IMG/VR virus record: IMGVR_UViG_3300044953_000297
Source: an uncultured virus (IMG/VR IMGVR_UViG_3300044953_000297)
Lineage: Duplodnaviria > Heunggongvirae > Uroviricota > Caudoviricetes
DNA length: 64,000 nucleotides
Strand: one strand, 5' to 3'
Positions within the stretch are counted from its first letter, which is position 1; each line of letters opens with the position of its first letter. The notes beneath the pieces were generated by a model. The model saw nothing but the letters and a program-made list of their open reading frames with translations. It did not search any database and was not told the origin of the DNA. The position numbers were made by a program, and so were the translations under genes. Positions 31,709-42,629 of the stretch are shown here, in pieces.

Positions 31709-32469
31709 AGTTTATTATAAGTTTTTGACATATAATATTCTACTTTATTTCCATATGAGTCGTCTGGTATGCCGTTAAAATGATACACCCACCCATATTT
31801 AGTAAAAACTAAATCGTCTGTTAGACCTTCCATTAAATTTAACCCCATCATATTAAATTCATAAGGAAGTATTGTAGTATCCACATTGTTTGTCTGAAGG
31901 AAAAAATTCATCGGAGTCTGATCCGTGCCCAGTTTAACAGTAGATTCTACCTGAAATATACGATCTCTATTTTCAATATAATATTGTTTGAATTTGTTTA
32001 TATGATCTTTATGAGATTCATTGAATATTTGAAATCCGCCATTAATATAATTCCATATGTTTAATTTGTAACCATTGAACAACAATTTACTATAACATTC
32101 GACGCTTCTCATTACCCATTCATAAACTACACCGTCATGTACACCTGTATATTTGTTTTCAGTCATTTCAAAGAAATTTGGACATTCCGGATGTACAATT
32201 GTATCCGCATCAACAATTAATACTTGATTATATTTAATATTACTTTGTTCTAATAGATCTAATACGTAGTATCTTTGCCATGCCATACTAGTTATATTAG
32301 GATCCATTATACATTGATCTAAAACTACTACTTCACAATCGTATTTTTTTGCAAAGTGTTTCCAACTTTTAATACTATAGTCAAATATATTTTTTACTAA
32401 TGGAGTGTTTCTTAACTTTTTTTCTCCGTTGGTAGATACTACTGCAGGTATGAATATTATATTTTTCAT
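31687..32469 (-). CDS. GT-A glycosyltransferase (GT8-like)
   Basis: VDADT, YINGG, DQT..N, YHF. Confidence 0.75.
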   Translation of the reverse strand: MKNIIFIPAVVSTNGEKKLRNTPLVKNIFDYSIKSWKHFAKKYDCEVVVLDQCIMDPNITSMAWQRYYVLDLLEQSNIKYNQVLIVDADTIVHPECPNFFEMTENKYTGVHDGVVYEWVMRSVECYSKLLFNGYKLNIWNYINGGFQIFNESHKDHINKFKQYYIENRDRIFQVESTVKLGTDQTPMNFFLQTNNVDTTILPYEFNMMGLNLMEGLTDDLVFTKYGWVYHFNGIPDDSYGNKVEYYMSKTYNKLYDISLL

Positions 32470-33227
32470 TTATAAAATTGATTTATTTGACTCCAAACTT
32501 CGTTTATTAATTGATTTCTTTGTTGTATTGGAAATCCTGTAAAATGCCACAGATAACAGTATTTAATAAAGAATGGCGTTGGATCATTTAATTTATCATT
32601 GTGCCACATTAATCCTTTTTTAATCATACCAACAGTATTCCAAGAATAAGGTAGATATTTACATTTAATGTTGTGTAGTTTTAGGTGTAGGTTTAATAGA
32701 GTTTGTTCTTTTCCTGTATTTGGAACTGACCAATTATCAAGAATAACTTTATTGTTTAAATAGAATTGTTTTAATGTTTCAAAAAACGGTTTATGGTGTT
32801 TCGTAAAAAATAAAACTCCACCATTAATATGTTCGCTTAGTCCGACACGAACATCTTTAAACTGTTGAAATGTAGTTTTATATGCATTTTGACTAGTTTC
32901 CATCCAACTAATCGAGTTTTGATCCAATACTCCAACAAACTCGTCATTGTATAACTCAAATATATTAGGAGCATCCCATCTGATCATTGTATCAAAGTCA
33001 ACGATTCCGATTTTTTCATAATCATTGCCTATAAAATCAAATACAAATTCTTTGTGCCAGACGCTATATTTTACATTTGGTAACTTTTTATCTACAACTT
33101 TGAAATCTATATTATGTTTATTACAATAATATTGCCAAGACTTTATTGTGTGGTCAAAATATGTTTTGTGATTGTGTTTTGACAATTCATCTTCTATTGC
33201 AACCATCATTATACAATGTTTATTCAT
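32466..33227 (-). CDS. GT-A glycosyltransferase (GT8-like)
   Basis: VDFDT, INGGV, EQTLLN, WHF. Confidence 0.75.
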   Translation of the reverse strand: MNKHCIMMVAIEDELSKHNHKTYFDHTIKSWQYYCNKHNIDFKVVDKKLPNVKYSVWHKEFVFDFIGNDYEKIGIVDFDTMIRWDAPNIFELYNDEFVGVLDQNSISWMETSQNAYKTTFQQFKDVRVGLSEHINGGVLFFTKHHKPFFETLKQFYLNNKVILDNWSVPNTGKEQTLLNLHLKLHNIKCKYLPYSWNTVGMIKKGLMWHNDKLNDPTPFFIKYCYLWHFTGFPIQQRNQLINEVWSQINQFYK

Positions 33228-33927
33228 CTCGTAATGTATCCCAGTTAGTGTTTATTAAATGTTTTTCGTTTTTATAATGTGCAAATGAACATACTTTTTC
33301 TTTATTTTCGACTTGCCACCGAGCCGTTGTATTAAATCTTCTGTCCAAGATATCAATTTTAATGTCACTCTTAGTCAAGAAATAATTAAAATATGATTGT
33401 TCATAATCTCGACGGGGTGGATACTTTTTTAAGTATGATTTAACATCGTTGCCAATCTCAGATTTATATATATCAAACAGTTTCTTAGCAGAATTTTTAT
33501 TTAATCCAAATACTCCTGTATTGAACATATAATTTATTGTACACATGTGATTATATGTTGTTTTAACCCAATGTTTAAATGATTGTACAACGGGTAAATT
33601 TTCATCTTCAATTGTTGTAGTGTATTTATCAAACGTTCTATTTTCTCGATCTAACACAAATGCTGCCTCGGTAAATTTATCAAATATATTTTCTGCGGTT
33701 TTTAATATTCTTACATCTATATCCAGAAATAATAGTTTATCGTAATTCGATGATATAAACTGTTCAATTATGTAGAACTTATCAAAGTGTGGACTATAAT
33801 TGTTTTTAGTTTCGGTCAAAACGAAAAAATCAGAATTAGTGTGTTTAGCATAATATGAAAACGAATTTAACATTGTTTTCGCATATGCGATAGATCCGAT
33901 GTTGATTGTAGATATTAAATTACTCAT
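33220..33927 (-). CDS. GT-A glycosyltransferase (GT8-like)
   Basis: LDIDV, FNTGV, EQSYFN, AHY. Confidence 0.72.
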   Translation of the reverse strand: MSNLISTINIGSIAYAKTMLNSFSYYAKHTNSDFFVLTETKNNYSPHFDKFYIIEQFISSNYDKLLFLDIDVRILKTAENIFDKFTEAAFVLDRENRTFDKYTTTIEDENLPVVQSFKHWVKTTYNHMCTINYMFNTGVFGLNKNSAKKLFDIYKSEIGNDVKSYLKKYPPRRDYEQSYFNYFLTKSDIKIDILDRRFNTTARWQVENKEKVCSFAHYKNEKHLINTNWDTLRDE

Positions 33928-34654
33928 ATATACCAGTCAATTCTTTACATATATCTTCATTTAATTTTAATACACATTTGACTTTGTTTGAACAATTATT
34001 TACATGTGTACCATATAAATCCTTCAAAAGCACATCAGATTTCTCAAAAAAAGATCTATCCATGATATCTACAATGGCATTTTTAGTTAATGTGTGGGTA
34101 AAATTATCATCAAACTCATTGCAACTAGTCTTTTCTAAAAATGGACATTGCAATATAGAATCGACATGTATTGCATTTAACGCTCCTCTAATCCATCGAT
34201 TCTTTTTATTTCCAACGAATAATCGTTTATTACCTGAAAATAATCCGGAGATTAGTTTTTGAAACGAATTGACTTTATAATGTACAAAGTCCGTATCAAT
34301 TTTGCAAAATAATGAATTTTCGTATATAGATAGATTTCGTTCTATATATTTTTTCATCAAATTAAATTTTTCTACATAAGAGTTCTCTTCTGAATGAAGA
34401 AATACACCTTTTACTCCATTATTTTTTAAATATTGATCGTAATTAATACCATCTATTTGTCCAGATGTAAGTATAAAATAACTTTGCGTATTTGTTAGTT
34501 CTATAAAATTTTTATTTACAATAGTGTAATCGTTACACACTGCGTCTAAAAATGTGTAATAGTGTACTTTATATTGATTCATATCATTTCTTTTTAAAAT
34601 ATCAATGGTTCTGAGACTATGATTAACAAGACTATTTAGTTTAAATAGACTCAT
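33920..34654 (-). CDS. Hypothetical, possible GT-A glycosyltransferase
   Basis: KIDTD DxD motif; operon context. Confidence 0.45.
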   Translation of the reverse strand: MSLFKLNSLVNHSLRTIDILKRNDMNQYKVHYYTFLDAVCNDYTIVNKNFIELTNTQSYFILTSGQIDGINYDQYLKNNGVKGVFLHSEENSYVEKFNLMKKYIERNLSIYENSLFCKIDTDFVHYKVNSFQKLISGLFSGNKRLFVGNKKNRWIRGALNAIHVDSILQCPFLEKTSCNEFDDNFTHTLTKNAIVDIMDRSFFEKSDVLLKDLYGTHVNNCSNKVKCVLKLNEDICKELTGIYE

Positions 34655-35591
34655 AAATTTTTTTCCAATTATCTTTCCACCGCTTTTCTGTATAATATAT
34701 TTGATATAATTCTCTAGACGCGTGTGAACATTTTTTATAAAATTCCACGTCGTCTCTCAACCTAATCGCAAGTTGATTTGCTTGATCTATATCACCTATG
34801 TTAACTGACAAGCTTGGATGCAAAATTTCTTGTGTGTCCAAACCTTTATAACCTATACATGGTATACCAAGATATGCACAGTTGAGAGCAAATGTACCTG
34901 CGGCGTGAGTTCTCATCAAATGTATACCCACATTAAATTGTGATAGTGTGTGTATCCATTGAGTCCATTGCATATATGGTAGATGTTTTAAATCCGGTAT
35001 TTGATCTTCATTTGCAATTTTTCTGCTCATACTTGGAACATATATTTCTTTATTAAAGTTACGAGCAACAAAATAACTGTCTGCGCCGCCATACCAACTA
35101 CAGAAGTTGCCCCCTATAATAGGATGTCCACTGTTCTGATTTTTGATGTCTTTTACAGTATCTTCAATCATTAATGATTGTAAATTGAATGTTGGTTTTT
35201 TAAATATACCTTTAAAATATGATATATCACTTTTATTATGAACCAATAAGAAATCCATCTGATTCAAGAAATTTATATAATTAACTTGGTTTGTATAATC
35301 ATAATCCTGATAATACCAAGCTGGGCCTTCCTGCATTACTGTAGTTTTCTGGCCAATAGACTTTACTATATTTAATAAACTAATCACATCAAACTTTTCT
35401 AACTTTTTAGGTAATATTACTATAACCAAATCATATTGTGATACACCTTTGGATGGTTTACTTAAAATATATTGAATAGGCAAATGATCCGCGTTCAAAG
35501 CAATTTGCCACGCAAACTCCGTTCGTACATTTTGAAAATCTCTGGGAACTTTTCCTAAGTGTCCATTTTCACTGACGAAACATATTTTCAT
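34641..35591 (-). CDS. GT-B glycosyltransferase
   Basis: FALNCAYLGIPCIG C-terminal GT-B motif. Confidence 0.65.
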   Translation of the reverse strand: MKICFVSENGHLGKVPRDFQNVRTEFAWQIALNADHLPIQYILSKPSKGVSQYDLVIVILPKKLEKFDVISLLNIVKSIGQKTTVMQEGPAWYYQDYDYTNQVNYINFLNQMDFLLVHNKSDISYFKGIFKKPTFNLQSLMIEDTVKDIKNQNSGHPIIGGNFCSWYGGADSYFVARNFNKEIYVPSMSRKIANEDQIPDLKHLPYMQWTQWIHTLSQFNVGIHLMRTHAAGTFALNCAYLGIPCIGYKGLDTQEILHPSLSVNIGDIDQANQLAIRLRDDVEFYKKCSHASRELYQIYYTEKRWKDNWKKIYESI

Positions 35592-35941
35592 ACACTTGCG
35601 TGATTCATTTTAATATCTTTAAAACCTTCTTCGTATTTTTCAACCATTTCATTTTTAATACCAACTCTTATCTTGTTTTTACCACGGATTATTATTGCAC
35701 GTCTACCTACTTCTTCCAATCCTAGTAAATTTTCTTTGCCTTTACGAATATCTGATTCTAAATCCCATATTTCGCCATTAATGATATAAAGTCTATCGAT
35801 AAATGGTTTAATATTGTCGTATTTATCTAATTCATGTTTATAAGTATTTAATTCACCTTGGAGGTTTACGCCTTCAATTCTTTCACTTTTTAATAGTGTA
35901 ATACTATATCTATCCGCTATTTCTGATATTGGCATTTTCAT
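35588..35941 (-). CDS. Small helical protein typical of phage glycan loci
   Basis: EIADRYSITLLK...NGEIWDLESDIR...N..R..IK pattern. Confidence 0.6.
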   Translation of the reverse strand: MKMPISEIADRYSITLLKSERIEGVNLQGELNTYKHELDKYDNIKPFIDRLYIINGEIWDLESDIRKGKENLLGLEEVGRRAIIIRGKNKIRVGIKNEMVEKYEEGFKDIKMNHASV

Positions 35942-35943
35942 AA

Positions 35944-36870
35944 TTAAATTTCTATTAAATTATCTAATCTTAGGAAAAAGTCTTTGGTTTGATTGTCGAT
36001 AAAATTTCTTAAGTTAATTGTATTTTGTTTATATTTGTCTGGATTTTGTTTGATATCCAAAACTTTATTTATCATATCTTGTCTAGATTCGATAAAGACG
36101 ATATCTTTTTCTGCACCATACCAGTTTACAGTGGGATATCTATAAGATAGTAAAGGACTCCTTGCAAACATAATTTCTGAATAACGACCATTTATTTGAC
36201 CATTGGTTCTTTGATTATTGCCAATTTGTGCAACTGAACTTTTAACGCTACAGTACAAAGAACCTACATCATTTTCAGGAAGAACCCCACCATAGTGAGG
36301 CCAATCTGGCCAGCCACTTCCATAAATTTTAAAATCAAATTCTCGAAATCCACCGTAGTATGTATCTCGTTCTAATTTATAAAACGGATCGGTTAATCTT
36401 GCATGACCCATACCTAAGAATACACAATCGTGATTGTATTCCGGTTTATAAACCAGTTCTTCATCCAATAATGATGAAAAGTAATATTCAAATATGGTTG
36501 TTATAATTCCTTCTGATGTGAAATATTTTGCAATATTAGGAGAATTAGTTATGATTTTATCAAACCATTTACCTTTGTATTGAGGTATATCTTTTTCACT
36601 GTTAAGTATTCCTTTAGAAGCGTATAGTAATATTTTTTGACACTGTAAGTGTTCTACTACTTTGAACGTTTCTCTGTCTAACATTTCATAATACACTAAC
36701 TCGGGTTTGAGTTCCTGTATAGCATCAATATATTCAACTGTTGCAGGAACGCCGTTTAGTTGTTCTACATAATAAACTGTATGACCTTTGCTTTTGAAAT
36801 GTTTAGCAACAGTTTCGTTTACTTTGTAATTTCCCATTGGGAACGGTTGATGAAAAACAATTATATTCAT
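35944..36870 (-). CDS. CgeB-like glycosyltransferase
   Basis: CVFLG, KIYGSGW, INGRYSEI. Confidence 0.65.
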   Translation of the reverse strand: MNIIVFHQPFPMGNYKVNETVAKHFKSKGHTVYYVEQLNGVPATVEYIDAIQELKPELVYYEMLDRETFKVVEHLQCQKILLYASKGILNSEKDIPQYKGKWFDKIITNSPNIAKYFTSEGIITTIFEYYFSSLLDEELVYKPEYNHDCVFLGMGHARLTDPFYKLERDTYYGGFREFDFKIYGSGWPDWPHYGGVLPENDVGSLYCSVKSSVAQIGNNQRTNGQINGRYSEIMFARSPLLSYRYPTVNWYGAEKDIVFIESRQDMINKVLDIKQNPDKYKQNTINLRNFIDNQTKDFFLRLDNLIEI

Positions 36871-36873
36871 AAA

Positions 36874-37545
36874 TTAATAAGCGCATAACATTAAACTTCC
36901 GTAAGGACTGTTATATTCTACTGTATAGTTGTCATTTATTTTTTTCAATGCTTTAAATACATTTTCTCGATTTGTTTCAACATAGTCACATATCGGTTCA
37001 TTCGTTTTTGAATGATATTGCATTTTTCCAAACATATGAGCATCATCTATCGCTATAATATGATTTTTAATATGATGATTAGCAATTGTTTCTAATTCAT
37101 CTAAAAGAGGTACATCTTTTGGTCCTCTTGCATATTTTTAAGATCCTGCGTGTGCATCTAACCAAAAACAACATGGTTCATTAATTGTAGGTAGTAATTC
37201 TTGCAACCCTTTCACACTATCTGAGTTGATTAATTCGATTTGTTCATATAAATATGTTGATCTCGATTTAAATTCTTCGTCCATTTCATCGGTATGGAAG
37301 TTAAATTTAGAGGTATCGCCGATATATTCTTCAAACAATTTAAATCTTTTACTAGCGATTTTTGCTATATTTTCACCTAGTTCAAATGTATAAATTTTAC
37401 TAAATGGTTCTATAGATCCAAATCTTTCTAAGAAAATTAGTGCTAATCTTCCTTTAAAAGTACCGGTTTCTATTAAGATTTTCGGTAAATTTCTATTTGA
37501 AAGTTTTGATAATTTTTCGTAATATTCCGGTAGAATAAATCCCAT
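36874..37545 (-). pseudogene. Methyltransferase-like gene with in-frame TAA at 37138-37140
   Basis: IETGT...FWLDAHAGS*KYARGPKDVPLLDELE...IAIDD continues in frame to TAA at 36874. Confidence 0.7.
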
Positions 37546-37548
37546 ATA

Positions 37549-38343
37549 CTATATGATAATTGATGGTGGATAAGTATTTTGAAAATTGTATTCAAAATCT
37601 TGTGTTATTTTATAATAACTATCTCTTCTTAATAAGTAAGGCATTTTAAAAATATTTATTCCTTTAACTATATTCCTATTATTCGACATGAAATTATATA
37701 AACTATATGCCAGCCAACATTCTTCACAGTACAATTTTTTATTGGACGAGAGTATATAATTTTTTTCTTCTTCATTAAACGATTTTTGGATATCAAAATA
37801 TACGTGATTAAAAATTTTCATTATTTTTGAACTGGAAAAATTTAATAGATCTCCAAGCCCAAATAGTTTATGATGATTAATTGACGGATAAAATTTTATG
37901 TTATCGGATGCGTTAAAATTTTCTTTATAAAAACTTAATCTTTCCTTTTTAAATATTAATGTGTTTAAGATAAAAACATCCATTCGTATTCTAAATACTA
38001 AATCGTATTCAAAATCATTTTCTTTTTCATATTCATCCTTTAATTCAAACGCTCTTTTCGTAGAGTATGAGTACGATACAAAATTATTGATTGGTCTATA
38101 CTTGCTAACGTTTTTATTTTCTACATTAAATGTTTGTATGTAATCGGAAAAGTCTTTTTGATTTTCGAATTCAAACTTTTTTGGTTTTAAAATATCTAAA
38201 ATTTCATTATTTTGAGTTCCCCAAAAATGAAAGAAAAAATCAATTTCGTGATCAAATTCAAATAAAAATTTAGACATATATTCTTTATATAAAGATATAA
38301 ATCTAGGTTGACCACAGATTATGAAAGCAATTTTTTGTTTCAT
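37549..38343 (-). CDS. Hypothetical glycan-locus protein
   Basis: IAFIICGQPR...YDLVFRIRMD family pattern. Confidence 0.6.
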   Translation of the reverse strand: MKQKIAFIICGQPRFISLYKEYMSKFLFEFDHEIDFFFHFWGTQNNEILDILKPKKFEFENQKDFSDYIQTFNVENKNVSKYRPINNFVSYSYSTKRAFELKDEYEKENDFEYDLVFRIRMDVFILNTLIFKKERLSFYKENFNASDNIKFYPSINHHKLFGLGDLLNFSSSKIMKIFNHVYFDIQKSFNEEEKNYILSSNKKLYCEECWLAYSLYNFMSNNRNIVKGINIFKMPYLLRRDSYYKITQDFEYNFQNTYPPSIII

Positions 38344-39347
38344 TTCAATGTATTTAAACAATCTTGATACGTAAAAAACTTATTTTGATTCGTGTTTCTA
38401 TACATATCAAGATTTTGTTCGTTTGTATTTCTTATAATTTTATACCAATCGCCTTTTTTTGATTGTGTACTTTCTTGTCCTAAAATATTTAAAGCATAAT
38501 TTCTTTTAAGGGGATGTTCTCTATTATGTACTTTAAGTACATTTTTAACAACATATTGAATATATTGTTGTCCCATTGTTTTCCTACAGGATTCCATCAT
38601 GAATGTATCATCAGATGCTATACCAAATGCGGCCAACGGTATATTAGCTCCAGACTTAATTAAGTCTGTTGAGAATATAGCACCGGATCCATCAAATTGT
38701 GGATAATTTAATATTCTTATATCTAATTCTTTAGATTTTGCATTAATTTCATTCATTTCGTCTATAGACATCACATATCGTATAGAGGATTTTTCTGTAA
38801 AACATTTTGGTTCTGTTTTTTCATAATATTTTGCATTTTCAAAATCTACATGTTCTAATGGCGACCAGCTATTATCCCACATTTTTCTTATAGCAAAAGT
38901 AACTACATATTTCCAAATATTTTGTGATGTTGAATAATTATGAATTTGTTCTAAAATGGGAAATGTTTCTGCAGGCATATAACAATCTGTTTCTCCCCAT
39001 ATTAATATATCGTTATTCGTACAATTTAGATAATTAAAATCTCTACGATAATTTGCCATTGAATATGGTTCTTTACCTTCTAGTATGTCATATTTAACAT
39101 TTACACCTTCATTTTTTAATCTATCTATTTGTACAAGAAATTTTCTTTTAAGCTCTTCTTTAGAAATTTTTTTTGTATCAATTAATTCAAATGCTTCGGA
39201 CATGTTGAATGTAAAATGATACGATAAATTTTCTTTATTTTCCACATGTTTTAATGTATTAATTATACCAGAAATGTTGTCGGGAAACATTTCAATTTCA
39301 TAAAACAATATTTGAGTGCCTGTAATATATCGATTTTTAATTTGCAT
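38340..39347 (-). CDS. Putative GT-A glycosyltransferase
   Basis: YRRDFN, WGETD, DDT, KVHNR. Confidence 0.55.
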   Translation of the reverse strand: MQIKNRYITGTQILFYEIEMFPDNISGIINTLKHVENKENLSYHFTFNMSEAFELIDTKKISKEELKRKFLVQIDRLKNEGVNVKYDILEGKEPYSMANYRRDFNYLNCTNNDILIWGETDCYMPAETFPILEQIHNYSTSQNIWKYVVTFAIRKMWDNSWSPLEHVDFENAKYYEKTEPKCFTEKSSIRYVMSIDEMNEINAKSKELDIRILNYPQFDGSGAIFSTDLIKSGANIPLAAFGIASDDTFMMESCRKTMGQQYIQYVVKNVLKVHNREHPLKRNYALNILGQESTQSKKGDWYKIIRNTNEQNLDMYRNTNQNKFFTYQDCLNTLK

Positions 39348-39348
39348 A

Positions 39349-40266
39349 TTATTCAGTTGTAATACCATCAATATTTTTAAAAATATTGTAATAATACATT
39401 ACTAATTTTTCAGGGTTATACTCTTCTATATATTTTTTTCTAAAATTTTCTACTAATTTTTTTTGCAAATGGTTATAATTTGATAAAACATAATCTATTT
39501 TTTCATCTAAATCTGAAAAGTCATGTTTACACGGAATATAAGTTTCATTTGGAATATAAACATTTGGAAGAGTTTCTATAAGGGACATATCGGGTTTAAT
39601 GAGAACGGATCCAAACATAGCAGATTCTAAATCTCTAGGCGAAATTTCTCCAAATCTAAACGGCGCTAGAACGATTTTAGAATTATACATTCTATTATAA
39701 TATTCATTTATTTCATACTTTTTATTATTTACTAATTTAGTAATTTTATATTTATTATTTAAATTTTTAAATAAATCATCGCGATGTTTTTTGTAAAAAA
39801 TTGAGTGATTTATACCATGTTCGAATGTATCTTTTTGTGAAGGTGAAAACATAGCAGATACATCATATTCTTTATTGTTAGAATATTGATACCAACTCGG
39901 TTGTATAGTAGATAACCAATTTGCATGAGTTAATTGTCTGGTAAATTTTTCTTCTTGTGAATGACCTATTTTACATACGATTTTTATTTTATTAAACTCG
40001 ATTAAATCAGTAATCGCTTTTTTAATATCTGGGTATGCACCATAATCGTCATATATAAAATATTTTTTTCCAATTTCATTTAAAATATTTATATATTTGT
40101 CTTCAAGTAATCTTGTAATTATATAATACTTTCCTTTTAATTTTAAAGATGACAATGCATATTCAATTATGTATTTGTCTTTTACTTTTACGAATGGTTT
40201 TGGTTCGTTAAATCCCTTTGAGTTGAATTTAGTTCCGTAACCGGCAATTGGAAATAAAATATTCAT
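39349..40266 (-). CDS. Chimeric ORF: nucleotidyltransferase N-term + methyltransferase fragment + GT C-term
   Basis: PIAGYGTKF..PKP; segment paralogous to the 29245 gene; SKIVLAP..GE..RD.E. Confidence 0.65.
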   Translation of the reverse strand: MNILFPIAGYGTKFNSKGFNEPKPFVKVKDKYIIEYALSSLKLKGKYYIITRLLEDKYINILNEIGKKYFIYDDYGAYPDIKKAITDLIEFNKIKIVCKIGHSQEEKFTRQLTHANWLSTIQPSWYQYSNNKEYDVSAMFSPSQKDTFEHGINHSIFYKKHRDDLFKNLNNKYKITKLVNNKKYEINEYYNRMYNSKIVLAPFRFGEISPRDLESAMFGSVLIKPDMSLIETLPNVYIPNETYIPCKHDFSDLDEKIDYVLSNYNHLQKKLVENFRKKYIEEYNPEKLVMYYYNIFKNIDGITTE

Positions 40267-40267
40267 G

Positions 40268-41012
40268 TTATCCTCTGTATAAAACGTAAGATATATCTTT
40301 CATTATAACTGGAATGTTGTGTATTTTTCTTGCAACATATCCCAAGTATGATTCTGCATGAGGAAATGGATAAATATTATGATGATGATTTTCAAAATCT
40401 AAAATAACTGATGTAATTTTATCCATTGTTGGTGATGATGAAATTATAAATGTATCTGCCATCCTACTATAAGTGTCTCCGTTTTTCAAGGGACAAGAAC
40501 TGTTCGCTATCCCACTGTGATACATCTCAGGAACATATGCGGATGTTTTAATGTTTTCATCAATTAACTCTTGAACTATAACTGGTTTATGATAGAACAC
40601 ATCTATTCTGGTTTTTTACAACTACATCATAAACGAAATTGTTTGCTTTTTCATAATCACATTTCAATTTATTGGCCATATATGCAGAATAAAACATGCT
40701 TGCAAGAGCACATTGATTTGCGGTTTCTACATTTGGCAAATGTGCATATTGTGAAAAGGAGTTAGGTGGTTCTGCCATAAATCCTTTTGGTTTAAATACT
40801 TCTTTTAATACTTTATCGGTGTGTGGTTTCCAAATGCCTAATTTTCTATTAGGCATGGCAGAATCAAAAGGTTTGTTTACCACACTTTCATCATACCATG
40901 TATGTATAAATATGTCTGTTATATTTGATGGTATAACAAGTGAGCTTAATGTGTAATGAATTGAATTTGGTATTCCTCTTGGTTGACCTGAAAGACACAA
41001 TGCGATTCTCAT
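40268..41012 (-). pseudogene. Glycan-locus protein frameshifted at A6 run near 40612
   Basis: IALCLSGQPR...YDVVVK continues as TRIDVFYHKP if one A is removed. Confidence 0.7.
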
Positions 41013-41032
41013 ATTTTCTGTTTTAATTGTGA

Positions 41033-41296
41033 TTATTTTACGTTATATCCTCTATTTTCTTCCTCCGTAAACAATTTATTATAGTTTAAGTTGGTTTGTC
41101 TTTGTTTTTCGATAGTTTTTTCATGTACTATTGCATAGTCTTTTTGAGGCGGCAAAAATGTGTATGATTTAAATCCCTCAACTTTTTCATGTAAACGTCG
41201 TTGATATCTAATGTGAGATAAATTTTTATAAATACGGGATTGGTAATCCGGTGCATTAATCAAAGGCGGATTGTATTTAATTTTAACGATGGCCAT
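41033..41296 (-). CDS. C-terminal part of split family 2 glycosyltransferase
   Basis: PDYQSRIYKN...LHE...IVHEKTIEKQ..N..Y is the C-terminal half matching 42113-42628. Confidence 0.75.
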   Translation of the reverse strand: MAIVKIKYNPPLINAPDYQSRIYKNLSHIRYQRRLHEKVEGFKSYTFLPPQKDYAIVHEKTIEKQRQTNLNYNKLFTEEENRGYNVK

Positions 41297-42084
41297 AATA
41301 TTTTTCTAATAAAAATTCTTTTGTGATCGAACTTTTTGTATTTTTTTTTACTATTCTGATTTGAAGGAATAAATTCAAGATTGTTAATAGAACCTATTAT
41401 TTCCGGATTTATACCACCAGTAAACCCCTGCTTAACACTAAACTTGTGATCCAAACTATACGAACCGGATATTTCTATTCGAGCACGTTTATTGTAATTT
41501 TCTAATTTTGTTAAATCGTTTTGATTTGTATAATACCATACCAATTGTTTATATTGTTCCCATTCTGATTTTTGAGACAACGGAGTGAAGTATCCAAGAT
41601 CTTCCATAGTTTGTCTCCATTGGTCAACACATCTATTTTCCGAAACAGATTTCGTAACTTTGTCTCTGTATTCTTCGTTTTTCCAAAACAATTCACTATG
41701 TTTTCCTATGATTCGTTTAGTATTTTCATCACGCTTAAATCCGGTGTGATTTTTTGCATTATTGTTTATAATTTGACTTGTATGTTTTGTTAATCCTTTG
41801 TTCCAAGGTGGATTATTTTTTCTATACGCTATCATTCTTTTAGAATGTAATTCTCCTGTTTTTTTCAAAGAATCATTATTTTCTTTTGTCAAACCTAAAT
41901 TCCAACATCCACATTTTGAACATTTTCGGTTTTCTCTGAGACAACATCTAGCTGATGTGACATTTTTATGAAAAACATCGTTTAAACATTGTGGACATTT
42001 TCTAATCCAAATAGATTTTCCTTCATTATTTTTAATTTCTCGTATTGAAGAATAATTAAATTTGGTCGTGCCTATGGGTCTCAT
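41260..42084 (-). CDS. HNH homing endonuclease (frameshifted near 3' end)
   Basis: CPQC/CSKC, WNKGLTK (NUMOD-like), LDHKFS...NLEFIP..N; removing one A at ~41345 gives NSKKNTKSSITKEFLL. Confidence 0.8.
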   Translation of the reverse strand: MRPIGTTKFNYSSIREIKNNEGKSIWIRKCPQCLNDVFHKNVTSARCCLRENRKCSKCGCWNLGLTKENNDSLKKTGELHSKRMIAYRKNNPPWNKGLTKHTSQIINNNAKNHTGFKRDENTKRIIGKHSELFWKNEEYRDKVTKSVSENRCVDQWRQTMEDLGYFTPLSQKSEWEQYKQLVWYYTNQNDLTKLENYNKRARIEISGSYSLDHKFSVKQGFTGGINPEIIGSINNLEFIPSNQNSKKKYKKFDHKRIFIRKILWPSLKLNTIRL

Positions 42085-42112
42085 ATTATTATATAATCGG
42101 GATTAATATATA

Positions 42113-42628
42113 TTAATTAATTTTATATTCTTCTAATATTAATCCTTCATTTTTTAAGAATTTATATTCTTCGGACGTATCATCAATTAATTTTTCGTGT
42201 ATTAAATCTTTAAATGTATTACAATTCCATCCCCACATCATAATATCTTGTTGAGTTACACCATAAAAGTAATTTAAACGAGGTAACCAAATAACTTCAT
42301 TTGAATCATTAGCTTCTAATATTTCGTTTATATTTTCTAACAATATATCTGTCGGACATTCGTCTGCGTCTATTTGAAATACCCATTTACCTTTACATAA
42401 ACTTATACCATAATTTTTATGTGCGCCATAATCTTTATCTAATTTTTTTTGATAAAAATTAATTTTACCTTTGAAAGATTGAATAATTGTATTTGTTTTA
42501 TTATTATCAGAATAATCGTCTAATAATATTATTTCTTGATTATCTTTTTTGTATAAAATTAATTTTTCTAGAAGTCGATTTAATGAGTCTTCTTCATTGT
42601 GGCTTGTAATTAAGTATGATAAAAACAT
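42113..42628 (-). CDS. N-terminal part of split family 2 glycosyltransferase
   Basis: ITSHNE, LDD, KN.G, QIDADE, PRLN, WGWN. Confidence 0.8.
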   Translation of the reverse strand: MFLSYLITSHNEEDSLNRLLEKLILYKKDNQEIILLDDYSDNNKTNTIIQSFKGKINFYQKKLDKDYGAHKNYGISLCKGKWVFQIDADECPTDILLENINEILEANDSNEVIWLPRLNYFYGVTQQDIMMWGWNCNTFKDLIHEKLIDDTSEEYKFLKNEGLILEEYKIN

Positions 42629-42629
42629 A

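Noticed and set aside
37130..37160. In-frame TAA in methyltransferase as a third bypass element
   Set aside because: No TTG or matched landing codon and only a weak hairpin; best read as a point nonsense change or base error.
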